DNA from: Amoebidium appalachense
Lineage: Eukaryota; Protista; Ichthyosporea
Assembly: GCA_963693365.1 (NCBI GenBank)
Contig: CAVNZM010000003.1
Location: 9,065,019-9,129,018, forward strand
Reading direction: 5' to 3'
DNA length: 64,000 bases
Part shown: one piece after another, positions 48,832-63,452 of the stretch
Layout: the number at the start of each line of letters is the position of its first letter
How positions within the stretch are numbered: position 1 is the stretch's first letter
Program-made: the position numbers and the translations under genes
Notes under the pieces: model-generated
Databases searched by the model: none
The model's input: the letters and a program-made list of their open reading frames with translations, nothing else
Told to the model about the DNA's origin: nothing

Positions 48832-50785
48832 GGCTAGACAATAAAAATTTATAAAATAAATACCGATAGTCAGGGGAGACAATTAGGAAACGATCAGCCT
48901 GAACACGTCCCACGTTTCCCTCCGGAGAAACATGCTGACAAATACAGTCGACACTGCCTACTTAATATGTAAATATCATTGAGTTACCCGTGTTACGTTT
49001 TTGGTATAGTATAGAAGTTAGAGGCTAAAAATAAATTAAAGAAAAGAAGAGATAAGAAAGAAGGTTTTAGAAACAATGACTGAATTGAGCTAGGGAGACG
49101 CATACCATTGGTATCACAAAAATTCGGCTGCAGCAACGCACTCTGATGCCACGAGTCCTCTCAAACATCTCTGTATTCGAAATTCTATACATGCAGTCCG
49201 ACAGCAGATAGCCATAATATTGGCAATGCATCCGTTTTATACTGTTTCTAAGACCTGGAAAATACTAAACGGTCATTTGTGGGCAGAGATGCACGTTTTA
49301 ATCTGTAAAATGGCATGCCTATCTACTAACTAAGCATTTCTGCTCAGATCGATCCGAGGAACGGTAGAATTCCCCGCCGGTCAGTGTCGGAGTGATAACA
49401 GGGATACGCCAAAAGTTTCTTGAAATAATTGTGAATACTTCGAGGGTCTTTTCATACAAAAAATTCTAAACGTTTTTTTAAAATAACCCCTTGGCATATA
49501 TTGTGGGGTTTCTGGCTCGTATGCGTAGGTGAATTTTTAATAAGTAAATGCTTGCATTAATTCCAATTAATGCAGGCGCCTAGGCCGCTATGATTAGCAT
49601 ACATCTCGAATCATCTTTGTGCTTGCTTGCAAGAAACATGAAGCTGGTTCATGAACTTTCTGCAGAGTATCTTATTCGTTAAAATGAACCATAATACTCC
49701 TGCAGTCATCTGTTCGTTTCAAAATAAGAAAATATCTTTTGTTTGCAACACATGTGTATATGGTCCCGTGCAAGCCTACTGTTGCTGTATGTAGAGCCAC
49801 AGTATCGAATGGCATCCAGCACTCAATCCTACCACCTACTGAGGCGGTGTCTCCTTTTTCCTTTCCTTTTCTTTTCTTTTTTTTTCTTTTTTCTTTTGCA
49901 AAAAGGGACCACAAGTAGATGTATAACGTCGCACGTGCGGCAAAACGTCAGTACGTGTTAGCACTCAATCGGCCTTCTAGCATCTTCCGGTAGCGGAGTC
50001 GAATTCGTCAAGTGAATATGAAGCATCACGCTTGCATATTATCAGTGCAGCACATACCCACATACACGCGCGTTACAGATCAATATATATCATGTTATAA
50101 TGATCTATTTGGTTTCCATATTGATTGTAAACTTTGAACTCAGAAAATATTAGTAATAAAAATGCATCGTGCGTGATGATATCACTACACCGAGTCACTC
50201 AGTGATGCTGCACCGCGTGCTACATGTACAGCACAACTGTAGATACCTGCATACAGCAGACAGGCCGGGCTGCCCTTCACATTATGGCATGTGCATGTAC
50301 TGTACGGTGGTCGCACGAGTCTCACGCCCAACGTTGCTGGAATCTGTCACAGTCAAAGGACTTATCGATAGCATCATAGGCATGTGTGCTTCATGCTCAT
50401 GATACCATTGATTGTGTGCTCCATTGTGCTCATGAGTGCTGCATAAAAGCGATTGCTCTGTGTGACTTTTGCAGCACTTGTAACAGCACTAGCTACTACT
50501 GTACGTATGTAATGTCGATAGAAGTCGTTGGTATATACGTAGGGCTACCTTTCGCGTAACGCGAAACACCGCGAGAAATGCCTAACACAGGCCTTCATCG
50601 GATCGTTACCGTAGTCCATGCACTGCGCTGTGCATATACATGATACGCCTGTGCATTTCATTTTCAACGGTACCGCTAGTACTAATAATTCCTTATCGAA
50701 TCAGACACTGAGTACTAGTAGTATTATGTTTATAGCAGATTACTAATAAACCTTCAAAATTCTAATTTGACGTTGATCTTGAACA

Positions 50786-52159
50786 ATGGATTATGGCAGT
50801 AATTGCTACACTGAGTCTGAGAGTGTATGCTACGGTGTAGGGACATATAATTGCACAAACACAAACACCTCTGAGCATGCTTCTGACTCGGAGCATTGCC
50901 AAGCCTCAGGTCACATGCCTGCCCCTGCAACACGCACACGCATACGTGCACATAGCTGGCACGGCGCAGGTGTGCGGAGGAGTTCAATTGCTGATGTTAT
51001 CCACACAGGGGTTACCCACATTCTGCACACAATAGGTTTATGTTCTACGTCTGTTAATAAAACACCTACCTTGATTAACTTGTATGAGGTTCCCCAGGGC
51101 CAAAGTTTAGCAAGGGACTCGGAGTGTGATTATGGTGATATAGAGTACAACAGCGGGTCTTCAACAGAAAACAGCGCATGCCGCAGAGCTGCATCTGGCA
51201 GGCAAAATTGTCTCTTGTTTTTTCATAATCGCTCTCTGCCATCGTTGATTTCCACCGAAAGTCGTTTATTGAGCTCCGAGATACACTCCCAGTCAGACAG
51301 CGTAGTTTGCACCACCAGCTGCCACAGTGATTTTGTGAGTGAAACCAACACCAAGGCCTGCCGAAGCGGCAGGTCACATGACTGCAGCCCAATAATAACT
51401 AGATCGAGTGCACCGATGAGAGCAATCACCCCCTGTGTGTTGTATTCGGATGAATCAGATGAACATCTCGGACCACCAACCTGTCACACCACCCAACCTC
51501 TGACATGCATACCAACTGAATTCTGCAAAAGTACACCGCAACAAACAGCACATAAACCTGAGTGCAGGCAAAGATGGACACAAGTACGCCGCCGCGTCTT
51601 TTCCGAATCAGACGCCGTCGAAACGGAGGGTGCTTTACAGCTTTCACGTGCGAATTTACGCCAAACTCCAAAACGAGACGAGAGGCATACCACCGACGCG
51701 GATTTCATCGCCACACACACTGCCCCCACAGCCTTGTGCATGTGTTCGCAAAGTGTTCAAAAGAGACCCCGCAGTCATTCAATCGCAATGTTACCAAAAT
51801 CCAACTCGGAGCCCCGCCAACACTCTACCAGAATCGCGCATTCAGAAGTGTCAGCAGAATCTGTTCCACAACCCGTAAGACGCTCCTATTATTCTCTCAC
51901 GTTTGCGAGCCGCAGCCCATCTAACCAATCAAATCAATGCATTAGGTGCGGAAAACAGCAGCGTAGCCAATCGTTTATCAGCACGCGGCACCGGCACGAG
52001 GCGGCGAAGATTCTTGCCGGGGAGGCGGAAAACGGGCAGCCGTGGGTGTGCAACTATCTGAGTGCCCTGTGGCACCTGACCGATGCGGACTCAATAAGAT
52101 TGGCTGCTGCTTACTCCATTGCAATGTCTAGTGACGGGGAAGGGGGTTTAAAAAGTTAA
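50786..52159 (+). CDS. Hypothetical Ser/Cys/His-rich protein, 457 aa, single ORF
   Basis: 1374-bp ATG-to-TAA ORF in non-repetitive sequence; no domain recognised. Confidence 0.55.
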   Translation: MDYGSNCYTESESVCYGVGTYNCTNTNTSEHASDSEHCQASGHMPAPATRTRIRAHSWHGAGVRRSSIADVIHTGVTHILHTIGLCSTSVNKTPTLINLYEVPQGQSLARDSECDYGDIEYNSGSSTENSACRRAASGRQNCLLFFHNRSLPSLISTESRLLSSEIHSQSDSVVCTTSCHSDFVSETNTKACRSGRSHDCSPIITRSSAPMRAITPCVLYSDESDEHLGPPTCHTTQPLTCIPTEFCKSTPQQTAHKPECRQRWTQVRRRVFSESDAVETEGALQLSRANLRQTPKRDERHTTDADFIATHTAPTALCMCSQSVQKRPRSHSIAMLPKSNSEPRQHSTRIAHSEVSAESVPQPVRRSYYSLTFASRSPSNQSNQCIRCGKQQRSQSFISTRHRHEAAKILAGEAENGQPWVCNYLSALWHLTDADSIRLAAAYSIAMSSDGEGGLKS

Positions 52160-52681
52160 TGGAAACGACTGAAAAAGAGATTTTACTTAATCAAATGTCA
52201 ATGGTGTTTGATGAACTTGGTATACTTAGTCTGATACTAAATGCCGAATGTGTTATATGATGTGTGAACAATAACTTGAATGTGAACTTCAATTGTACCA
52301 GGGTCCCAATACTAATGTCCGGCAAATGTGAAGTTTCAAATTAACCGCTTGAAGTGACTGTTGTGTTCAAATTGATGATTGAACATACATATTTGACCTG
52401 TTATGAGAGCATGGGAGTAATCCCACCGTGACCTAAACTAAGTTTCAGAATTATTACTAGTGGGCGCCATCAACAGTCCGGCAGTGCAATGTACATAGCT
52501 TGAATTTCAAGCACCATCCCTTTTTTTCTTTTCTCTTCTTTCCTTTTTTTTTTTTTTTTTTTTTTTTCTTTCTCTTTTTTTTTTGGGGGTGCAATCGGAA
52601 GGGAGGACACGTGGGGGGGAAGAAACCAGGTTCTGCGAAGGGGGAGGGGGGGGGGGGGGGGGGAAGGGGAGGGCGGGGGGG

Positions 52682-52722
<41 letters not shown>

Positions 52723-53572
52723 GGGGGGGGGGGGGGGGTAACGGGTTAGGTTGATGTGAATGTTCTGCACTAGGAGTTTGTATGAGGCCATCACATGGGC
52801 CACGTGCATGTGAATTCGAATATCAAATTGCATCATCCCACTCGATGTGGCCAAGAACCCCATGCAACGTTTAGAAATTTCCACAGGCGACATGTTTATA
52901 CCGGGATGATGGACATTAGCATAGGTATAAGTTTGTGATAGAACACATGAAAGTAGTGCCACTTGTGGCACAAGCTTTAGAGCAACCGCTTACCGTGATA
53001 GAAAACCGGTATTGGTTTACTGAACAGGCACACAGAGTCTCGCATGTGATGTGCACGTTATCGCAACCGGTACCACCGTGGCGCATGTACACAAACTCAT
53101 ACGCATGCCGCATGCACGCAGGCAGCTGTGAGTATATGGTAGCTCGGACACGTCGTAACTGAATACAGAACCTGCTGACAGATCGTGGCCGGGCTGTTGT
53201 AGGATGAATTGAAATAGCCTTCGAGTCCCCCCCCCCGGGGGGGGGGGGAGGGGGGGGGAGGGGGGGGGGAAGGGTGGGAGGGCGGGGAAGAAGTCGGGGC
53301 CCCGGGGAAGGGGGATGGAGTAAAAACGGGAGTATGTGTACATGCAACGACAGTCCGGTGACCAATTTGGAACAAACATACGTTTGCTTATCATTTCACC
53401 CAAAACCACAACCTAAGTTAGGACGAGAGTCCACGGCCCCCATGTTTAGGTGTAACCAATTAGCAACAATATTAATGTGCCAAACGACTCAACAAGAGGG
53501 CCATTAGAAGCGAAGAGCCTTGTTATTCCCTACGGTTAAGTTAGCGCCTCTCCCCTTCGCTTCCTCGCTCTC

Positions 53573-53606
<34 letters not shown>

Positions 53607-53896
53607 CCCCCCTCCCCCCCCTCCCCCCCCCCCTCTCTTTCTCTCTCTTTCTCTCTCTCTCTCTCTAGCTTTCTCCGAGTTTCTCTCTCCTTATCTCTCT
53701 TCTTCTTCCCCCCCCCCCCCCCCCCAAAAAAAAAAAAAAAAAAAGAAGGAAAGAAAGAAATGAAGAATGTTGAAGAAAGAAAGAAAGAAATAAACCGATT
53801 TGGAAAAATTAAAACGGCAATCTTCGGGCTTGACGTAAGTAACCCCCCCCCCCCCCCCCCCGGCCCGCGACCCACGCCCCCCCCCCCCCCCCTCCC

Positions 53897-54006
<110 letters not shown>

Positions 54007-54022
54007 ACACGCACACACAAAT

Positions 54023-54055
<33 letters not shown>

Positions 54056-54059
<4 letters not shown>

Positions 54060-57000
54060 CCGATGCTACGAGCGTGATAGACACGGACACGAAGGAACCG
54101 ATGTTTTCTGGTGAGAAACTACTCGAGCGCAAACGCCGATGTGAGTTGGAAATCGAACTATTCTGCGAACTGTTCACGCTGGCGGAAGATCGTGCATACG
54201 ACCCCGTAAGCGACAAGTGGGAACCAACCCCACAGGTGTCGGACCAAACCGATGCCTGATTTATTCTTCTTCTTCTGGAATGCTCGGACACTGGGCCCCC
54301 AAAAGGGCCTCCCCCCCGGGGACACTCGACGATAAAATCAGCTACATACAACAACAGACAAACAACCACACGTTTACAGTGATTTGCGAAACACAGTTTA
54401 AAAACCACCACAAATTCAACTGTACATTGGTCGACACATCCACATACCCCGGTTATGCGAAAAACCGAGGGATTATTGTACTTGCCGCGCCACACGTGAG
54501 AGTGAACTGCAAACCGGTAGCAAAAACGGAATTCTCGGTTTCTATAGAGTTTCTTTCTAATGTTTTTACTTTTGTTTATTACCCACCATCTCTGTCGGTT
54601 GCCGAATTGACTCACGAGTTGTCACAGTTACCAATGTCCACTGTTATTTTAGGTGATTTTAACACGCGACTCCACCACACAGACACACTGCAAGTGAGTG
54701 TCGGGTACCCATCTAAGCCCCCGGAGCGCGCTATCCCTTTAGCAAGGTATGTCCAAAGTCACACTTTGCGGTTCCTTCACATCCCATGCCCACAACACCG
54801 ACTGGGGAGTGGCCTTTTCAAGTTGGCCATCAACCATGTCAAAACTCTCTCTCCCTCCTAACCTCTCTAGGTCATCTGACCACTCTCCTATCCTTTTCCT
54901 ACGTAGCTAAGATCTCCCTTTATCTGCTCCCTCCTCCTCTTCCCACCTTTCGCCTCCGTCTATCCCAGCTCAAGTCACCGTGGGGTAAAGTTGATGTATG
55001 TGTATGCTATGCAACCAAACACCCTATATATATGCGCCTATTAGAATCTGCACAAGCCAGACCAGATTCACATCTCATACTAGATACATGCACTAACTTT
55101 ATTGTTGATGATTTAATAGATCTCGGTGATTATGCTGGTGGTGGTAGGAAGGAATATCTCGATGCTCTCTTGTTACCAAACACCACTCCCGCTAGACTAG
55201 GTGAGCCCCTGTCTCAAAAGGAAAGCTTGTGCCGGCTTGCTGGTATGAATAGATTTGGTCCCCCTGCTCGTATTATTGGTGATACCACTGGAGACCCCCT
55301 CATAGACTCTGATAAGTAATTCTCGGAACTGTTTAAAGATAGGACCCCCGCTCAGAAACCTACTGTGTGGCCTGTATACCCATCTATCCCCATAGAATCG
55401 ATCCTCCCCTTTTTCAGTCCCGATACCATATGGTCTGTGATATCTAGTTATAGCTCTTAGACTAGTAAGTCTTGTGGACCTGATGGACTTCCTGCCGGGT
55501 TTCTTAAAATCCTTGTTCCCTCCTACCCACAAAAGGAAAGTGATCGTGCTATTAAACCTGATCTTACTAAAATGTTATTAAGCTCTCTCTTTTCTTGGTG
55601 TGTTAAATGTGGACATGTCCCGTCATCTTGGTTAGATACCTTAGTGATCCCCATAGTTAAGAAGGACTCTGGATCTGAGGGCCCCATATCATCTTTTCGC
55701 CCCATCACACTAACCCAGGTTGTTCGTAGATTCTTTCCTTACTTAGGTCATTTGCACATCACCCTAGGTTTCAATCTATTCTTCACATACACCCATGCCA
55801 ATCCGCTTTTCGTGAAAACAATTCATGTTATGTTCAAATAATGGCACTGCACGATTCTATGCAAGTTAGTGCACGATATGTTGGTTTTATTGATTGGAAA
55901 ACTGCTTACGATTCTGTCTCCCCTGGTCTCCTATGGGAAAAGCTTGCTGCACGGGGTGTACCACATTGCATTGGTTTTTTGTTAGAAGCACTCTTGTCTC
56001 AAACCTATGGTAGAGCTATGGTTAATGGGCACCTTTCATATCGTTTTGTTCGTACTAGAGGTCTCTTGCAGGGTTCATTGCTTAGCCCCTTTTTGTTTAA
56101 CCTATTTATAGATGATTTGGCTGTCAAGATTTATGCCGAAAATGATGACCCTATTAATAACTTTCCGCCTGCACTTCTCTATGCTGATGATCTGTCCCTC
56201 CTTGCCCGTACCCCTAGATGCCTGCAAAGATTGTTCGATGTAGTGTCAGAGTGGTGCAAGGCAAACCTTCTGATCCATAACATAGACAAATGTGGTGTTC
56301 TTGTACCTGATATAGCTAACAATTTACACACATTTACATTATCATCTCAGACCTGTACTTATAGTTCCAGAATACAAATATCTTGGTGTTCCGGTTAATT
56401 CTGTTGGTCTTATGTTTTCCAATATGGTCGAAAAGAGGGTAGAGCTGGCTAGTAAGCGGTTAGCTTTCTTCTCAAAGACACACCCCTCCATCCTTCTATT
56501 AGACTTACATTTATTCGCACTTTTGTCTTCCCGGCATGTGAATATGGTTTACCCCTTCTCGCCGCTTGGATCAAGAAAGAGAGAACTAGAGCGCTTAAAC
56601 CCTTGGCAAATTTCCTTGAAGCAGAAGTTGCCTCCTTTCTATCTAACAACTGTTGTAAACCTGGGCCTGTAACGCTCTCGATATATGGTCTGGTCCCAAT
56701 AGCTGCTAGAGTATCCCATCTCGCGCTGAAATTCAGTAAGTACATAAGCCGCTTAAAGAAGTATTTGCTCTCCCACCTTCTCTTCTCTATCCGACGTGTC
56801 CCCTCCTCACCTCTCCCCTCTTTCCTTCCCTCTCTCTCTCCTTTTCCCCCGGGCACAAATACAAATAAACCCCGCAAAAGTGTGCGTGTGACTTTGGACT
56901 GCCACTTAAGTATTAGACATGTACACATTCACAAGATAACTACGCAATATAACAAATGGAAAAAGATATACCACACGACACCAGACCCGATGAAAGCATA

Positions 57001-57451
57001 CACCTTGAAAAACTAAGCTTTATGTCTCGTTTTATATATAACGACCGCCTTAACCATATTGCCAAATATGGCACTCGCAAATGTGTAACACCTCAATACA
57101 TATTACCTTCCTGTAGAATTAGTCTTTCTCTAGCTGATGGTATTATTGATCACAGGCACGCTTTAACTGCACACGTGCTATACAGTGGAGATCTAATAAG
57201 GATAAGGTGGCATCGTTTGCATGCCCAAACAATACACACACACACCAATTTAAACGGTCATGTATTGCCAAAATTGTTTGATAGACCACATAATACCGCA
57301 ACACACACACGTCACATTCACAACAGACACCCAGAAAGATAGCCTACCTGAAAATTACAACATCCTTGATTTTATACTAAACACGAGTAACTACGACCTG
57401 TTTATTAGATGTATTGATTGGCTTGAGAAACACATCATTGCAAAATTTTAG
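54056..57451 (+). mobile_element. Decayed non-LTR retrotransposon (APE endonuclease + reverse transcriptase) between (CA)n tracts
   Basis: Across frameshifts: FFWNARTL, ICETQ, YYPPS, VILGDFNTR (APE); VIPIVKK, SSFRPITLT, FIDWKTAYDSV, RGLLQGSLLSPFLFNLFIDDL, LLYADDL (RT). An ORF1 remnant stop (54257-54259) overlaps the start of ORF2 (ATG 54252). Confidence 0.93.
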
Positions 57452-57465
57452 CGCGTGCGCGCGCG

Positions 57466-57602
<137 letters not shown>

Positions 57603-57784
57603 CCAGCTGATACCGAGTGTCCCAGGGGAGCCCGAAAAAAAAAAAAAAAAAAAAAAAAAAAAACGGGGAACCCCAACTAATTGATTTTTCTTAGTCTTTA
57701 TGGTGTCTCGTAGAGAAAGTCAGTGATATATAGTCATCACTCAACATCTATGTACGTGATCATGATATACCGCTGAGGGGATAG

Positions 57785-58435
57785 TCCGAGCAAAACCCCC
57801 CCATACCTGAGACTGGTCTCTCTTTGCCTCGAGTAAACAGCGTAAACCCCAGGGGTTTCACCATCTACGACACGCTAACGGGCGCGAAAATCTTCGACGG
57901 CGTATCCGGAGATCGCATGGATGGGCACATCATGTGGCACAGCACGCACACTCACATTGCAAACGACAAAACCCTCCACACCACATCCCCATACGTCTTG
58001 CACAAGGCAGGGGGCAGATACACTACCGTATGTCATTCGAAATGGACTCCCTCCTCATGCTACGTGAGGGAAATTACGAATGCAAACCCATTGCAGGGGG
58101 GTGAGTGCTTTTGGGCAGAATATGCCGTGTGGGGGGAGCTTCAGGCATATGATGATTTTTTCTTTCCCGAAGTCGTTGACTGCACGAGCGGTTCGGTGGG
58201 GCCCATCTGCCAGATGTTCGTTGCGCACGGCGAAAACGCGAACAAGATCGAGTGGGCGCATTGGCCCACACCAGATTCGGTTGCGAAAATATACGCTGTA
58301 ACATTTCCAGAAATCATTGGTAAGATTCAACCGATACATGGCGTGTACGTCTTTGATGATGCGGTCGTGTTGACTGTCCTGACGCAGATGGACGAGGAAC
58401 GTGTGGTGGTTCTGAGGCCCAAAAAGGCAATTTGA
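57785..58435 (+). CDS. Hypothetical protein or terminal exon (about 215 codons)
   Basis: Open frame from just after TAG 57782-57784 (possible splice acceptor) to TGA 58435; protein-like composition; no early ATG and no recognised domain. Confidence 0.5.
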   Translation, partial: SEQNPPIPETGLSLPRVNSVNPRGFTIYDTLTGAKIFDGVSGDRMDGHIMWHSTHTHIANDKTLHTTSPYVLHKAGGRYTTVCHSKWTPSSCYVREITNANPLQGGECFWAEYAVWGELQAYDDFFFPEVVDCTSGSVGPICQMFVAHGENANKIEWAHWPTPDSVAKIYAVTFPEIIGKIQPIHGVYVFDDAVVLTVLTQMDEERVVVLRPKKAI

Positions 58436-58447
58436 GTACTTGGCGCA

Positions 58448-58490
<43 letters not shown>

Positions 58491-59183
58491 TTCCTCTTAC
58501 TTTTCTCCGCTCCCTCTTCATGTCTCTCGCTATCTCGTTCCCTCCCTCCATTCTTTCCTACTAGGTCATCCCTTCTCTTTTCTTTCTTGTTTCAGTATGT
58601 GCACACTATCAGTTGATCTTTGTGCGCATTGGGCCACTTGGCCCACATCTGTGGAATTTTGTTTGTTGACTTCTACTGCACTTCAATATGCTAGATAAAT
58701 CTCCAATAATTATAGATAGATGATTTGTTCCATGATATGGTTATGCCCAATAGATCGTGCATCTTTCTATTAATAGAATTTTTCCTATTGGTTAGTCACT
58801 TATTCGATTAGCCTTCTCTTAGTAGCCAGCGTCTGGTCACTCAAATGTATTTATATGAGTTTCGTATTAGGAACGAAACTAAATATAGCAATCTAATAGT
58901 AATATGATGTAATCGAAAGTAATCTAGAATATAATCCCCTTCTGATCGGTTGTTAGCAAAACATTTCAAGTCCTGGCTCCAATTCCCAAGGACACAAAGG
59001 GCCTTCTCCGAAAATAAATCTTCAACAGTTGTTCTCAGTACAGTAATCGAGTTGTGCATAAACTCCTTCTCTCCCTTTTCGTGTGTGTCTTCATGTTCTG
59101 TATATCAAAACATCCATTGTGCACTCTGCGCATGCTCTCCGTATCCTTACACAAAACAACACACACACACACACACACACACG

Positions 59184-59220
<37 letters not shown>

Positions 59221-60296
59221 CCCCCCCCCAGCTTCCCCCCTTTCTCTCTCGCCCTCCGAGGCTCTCTCCCCCCCCCCCCCCCCCCCCCCCCCCCCTCTCC
59301 CTCACTCCCTCTCTACCTCTTCATAGGCAATATATCAAAGGCTTTCTATTACAGCATAAATTATGTTATATTGATTGAAGTCTAGGTGTCGTATTCCGAA
59401 GGAAGATCTAGAAATCACTAGTAGGTGTGTGTGATATTCGCTCACGTGAGTTTGAACTATTGTACTTGGGTTAGAGTGATTTGGGCACTTGCAAGTATAT
59501 TATGATACCTGAGTACTCAACGTATATGTTTTATTTTTACTGAAGTGTGGAAAACAGTGAAATCACGTGGTCTCCCCCTCCACTAATAGAAATTGAGCTC
59601 TTTTTAAAACAACTAATGAACTAAATTGCTAAGATCCCATTTTTGACATGTGGCAAAAGGGTCCTGATGGCAACACAAAATATATGTTCATAGGCAACCT
59701 GGCCTGGGGAGAAATGCCTCCCACTGGAGATTTTAATTGCACGCTACTAACAACATTCAGGTTAGTTGCCACAAATTGAAAACAAACTTGTGTTATATTT
59801 TGTCTTATAAAAACACAACTTAGAAACAGGAAACCGTGGCATGTACCACACCATATATACAAATATGTACCGACACCCCTATAATCATCCACAAACAAGC
59901 ACGCCTGTATGTACAAATGAGCGAGAAGTAACCCGAGAATGGTAGCATTCACCAGACTAAGCTTCACACAGGCACTGGGTCGAGACACTAATAACGGAAT
60001 AGCAGTTAGCAATAAAATATTAAGGAGTCCAGATGCACAAAAAACAAAAAAGCGTGGTGACTACCCCAGAACTTGGGTGTTTGAGGTTATCATTTTGAGT
60101 ACAAAGCATTAAGGATGTCGAGCGAAACATGGCGATAGGAAATGTGAAATGAGCGGATGCGTGAGTGAGATTTTGGAAAGATGGATCCTGGGTCAGAAGA
60201 AAGGGGAAGCGAGAGTGGGAAGGGTGTGTTTGTGTGTGCGTGCATGCTCACGTGTGTGTGTGTGTGCGTGCATGCTCACGTATGTGTGTGTGTGCG

Positions 60297-60340
<44 letters not shown>

Positions 60341-60579
60341 GGGGGGGGGGGTTGTGTGTGTGCCTGTGCATGTGCATGCGCACACGTGTATGTATGTCGA
60401 CTAAGACATGCAGAAACAAAGGCGGAAAATGCAAACGGGTGGGTGGGTGGGTGTTTGGGGGGGTGGGAGGGGGAGAGGGGGAGAAAGAAAGAGAGAGAGA
60501 GCGACAGGATGGGGGGAGCGAAGGGCGAACCGGGAGACACCAACGTTGTCATATGCAGCAATTTTCACGGAGCCAAAAG

Positions 60580-61331
60580 TTACATGCCAGGCGGCCTGTA
60601 AGAAAGGGAATCAGACCATCAGCTTTTACTCCGTGCACGAGCACACATGAGTGACCCCATACGACAAAATCTAAGTGTGATGGGTATGCAGTTCCCCGTG
60701 TGGCATCGTGCATGTTTTTTCGGATGCCAACAAGAGGGAGGCAAGGGCACATGAACTCATGAACTCACCGTGATTGCACAGTGATCAGTGACCTACACTT
60801 CTTCTACTTATCCCCCCCCCCCCCCCCCCCCCCCGGCACCCCCTCCCTCTCCTCCCCACCACACACGCACACGAATGCACGCACGCACGCACGCACGCAG
60901 ACACAGCTATCCTCGTTTCTTCTCTACACCTGACTTAATTCCCTCCAAAGACCTGGAAACTCCAAAGTGAGATGAATAAGCAGGGAAGCAGGAGAAGAGG
61001 GGGTGGGGAGGGGGGGAAGGGGGGGGGGGGGGGGGGAGGGGGGGGGGGGTCGGTAAAGCATAATACGAAGCAACAAACACAGAAATGAAAGGAGGTGAGC
61101 GAGAAGAACGGGGGGGGGAGGGGGGGGGGGGGGGGGGGGGGGGATGCACAGCACGAAGCAAAGAACCAAGAACATGGGGTAGGTTGCATGAGAAGAAGAA
61201 ACCATGTTAACAATTTCCCCCGAAGGGAAGGCGGGGAGGGAGGGTAAAATATAAGAGTTGGATGCACACCCTCCTGTGGTAGCGTGGGTGAATGGGGGGG
61301 TGAGTGGGTGGGGTAGGGGTGGGGGTAGGGT

Positions 61332-61362
<31 letters not shown>

Positions 61363-61855
61363 GGGGGGAGGGGAAGGGGGGGGGGGGGGGGGGGGGATTC
61401 AAATGATCTGATACATACCAGAAGCCGGGAGGAGGCGGGGGGCCAGTCATGAGATGGACGATTGGAAACATCCCGGCAGGCCCTGCAGCTGAATCATAGG
61501 TCAGCAAAAAAAGGAAAACGAACAAAGGAAAACCAAAAAAAAGAGAGGTGCAAGGAAAGAAGTGGGGTTGGGGGTTGGGGTTGGGAAGAGAGGGGTGGGG
61601 TTGGTGGTGGTGGTGGTGGGAGGGGGGGGAGGGGGGGGGGAAGGAGGGAGGGGGGAAGGTAGATGCATGCAAATCATGCAAGCACAATGAAGATCACGGG
61701 GTGGGGAGGGTATTTGTGTGTTTGTGTGTGTGTGTGTGTGTGTTTTGGGGGGGGGGGGGGGGGGGGTTTGAATATGTTAGAGGGTACGAATTACACATTT
61801 ATGATGTGCAACACAAAGCAGGAGGCAACCCCCCTCCCCCCCCCCCCTCCCCGCC

Positions 61856-61887
<32 letters not shown>

Positions 61888-61935
61888 CACAGACAATGAA
61901 GAACACGGGGCAGGGAGGTATTTGTGTGTGTGTGT

Positions 61936-61972
<37 letters not shown>

Positions 61973-62208
61973 GGGGGGGGAGGGGGGAGGGGGGGGGGAG
62001 GGGGGTTTTGGGGAGGGGGGGAGGGGGTAGAACGTGTTATGGAGCACGAGGTGCCCATTCGTGACGGACACCACAGCACATAAAAAAAGTAGGGGGGAAA
62101 AAAAAAAGGAGGACCACACAAAGAGCACGCATCGTAAGATGATCCCAATCCTGCCCCGGGAAGGGGAGATTAGGGGGACGGCTGGGAGACAAGTGAATGT
62201 GTGTGTGT

Positions 62209-62241
<33 letters not shown>

Positions 62242-62269
62242 TGTGAGTGTGAGCGTGCGCGTGTACGTG

Positions 62270-62311
<42 letters not shown>

Positions 62312-62884
62312 GGGGGGGGTTGCAAAAGCACACATACCTGGCCCCATGCCTCCCATAGCATTCATCGCCATACCCAGAGCTTGATCCATATTCATCCCAG
62401 CTAGCCCCTCCCGGCCAGTCCCTAAACCCATTGGATATGGTGGCCACCCATCCCCATCCCCGTCCCTTTCCCCCTCCCCCTCCTCCCCGTCCTCACCCTC
62501 TTCTCCCCCCTCTCTCTGCTCTGACTGTACGTCGTCTCCCGAGTTTTCATCCCCCTCTCCGTCGTGCATGTGGGTGTCGTGTGTGTGTGGCATTGGTGCC
62601 ACGCCCATCATCATTGGGAACCCGTACGGCGGTGCGTTGGTCATACCCATAGGCATCGGAACAGGGCGAGGGATGCCTCCACCCATGCCCCCAAGCACAA
62701 AACCCCTGTGTGGGTGTGGTGGTTTCAGTGGTCAGAGCTTAAAGCATTTGAAAGTAGGGAAAACAAGAAAGGCATGACAACCCCCCTCCCCCCTCCCCCC
62801 CCCCCCCGGGGGCTGTGTGGGTGGTGGTGTCAGCGGTTACAGCTCAACAAAACTGAATGTGTTGGAAAAAAGACTAGCACACGT

Positions 62885-62927
<43 letters not shown>

Positions 62928-62963
62928 ACCCACCCACCCTCCCACACACACACACACACACAC

Positions 62964-63000
<37 letters not shown>

Positions 63001-63394
63001 TACAAACCCTACCATGTACAGACAACTTACAAATCACTAGCTTATACACACACCAAAGCATTATTATATGGGCCTGTAACAGCCATCGATGGAAAGAAGT
63101 GAACAGTCCGAACGATTACAAGAGGACGAGAAAGAAAATGTCGACAAAAAATGGGAAAGGTATTGGCAGGGGTAAAGAGAAGTGTAAGAGGGAGGGAGGC
63201 TGAGTGAGGGAAGGAGATGGGGTGTATGGGGGGGTGAGTGTTTGGGTGGGTGGGTGAGGGGCGGGGAGGGGAGGGGGGGGCGGGGGGGGGGGGGGGGAGA
63301 GGAGGAGGAGGGGGGGGGGGGAGATTAAAAACAGACAGGGGGGAATAAAACGAAACATTGGATAGTACCGGACAAGGATGGCATTGTGTGTGTG

Positions 63395-63452
<58 letters not shown>

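Noticed and set aside
52750-53220. Complex-sequence island with short ORFs on both strands
   Set aside because: No recognisable motif or consistent exon structure could be supported.
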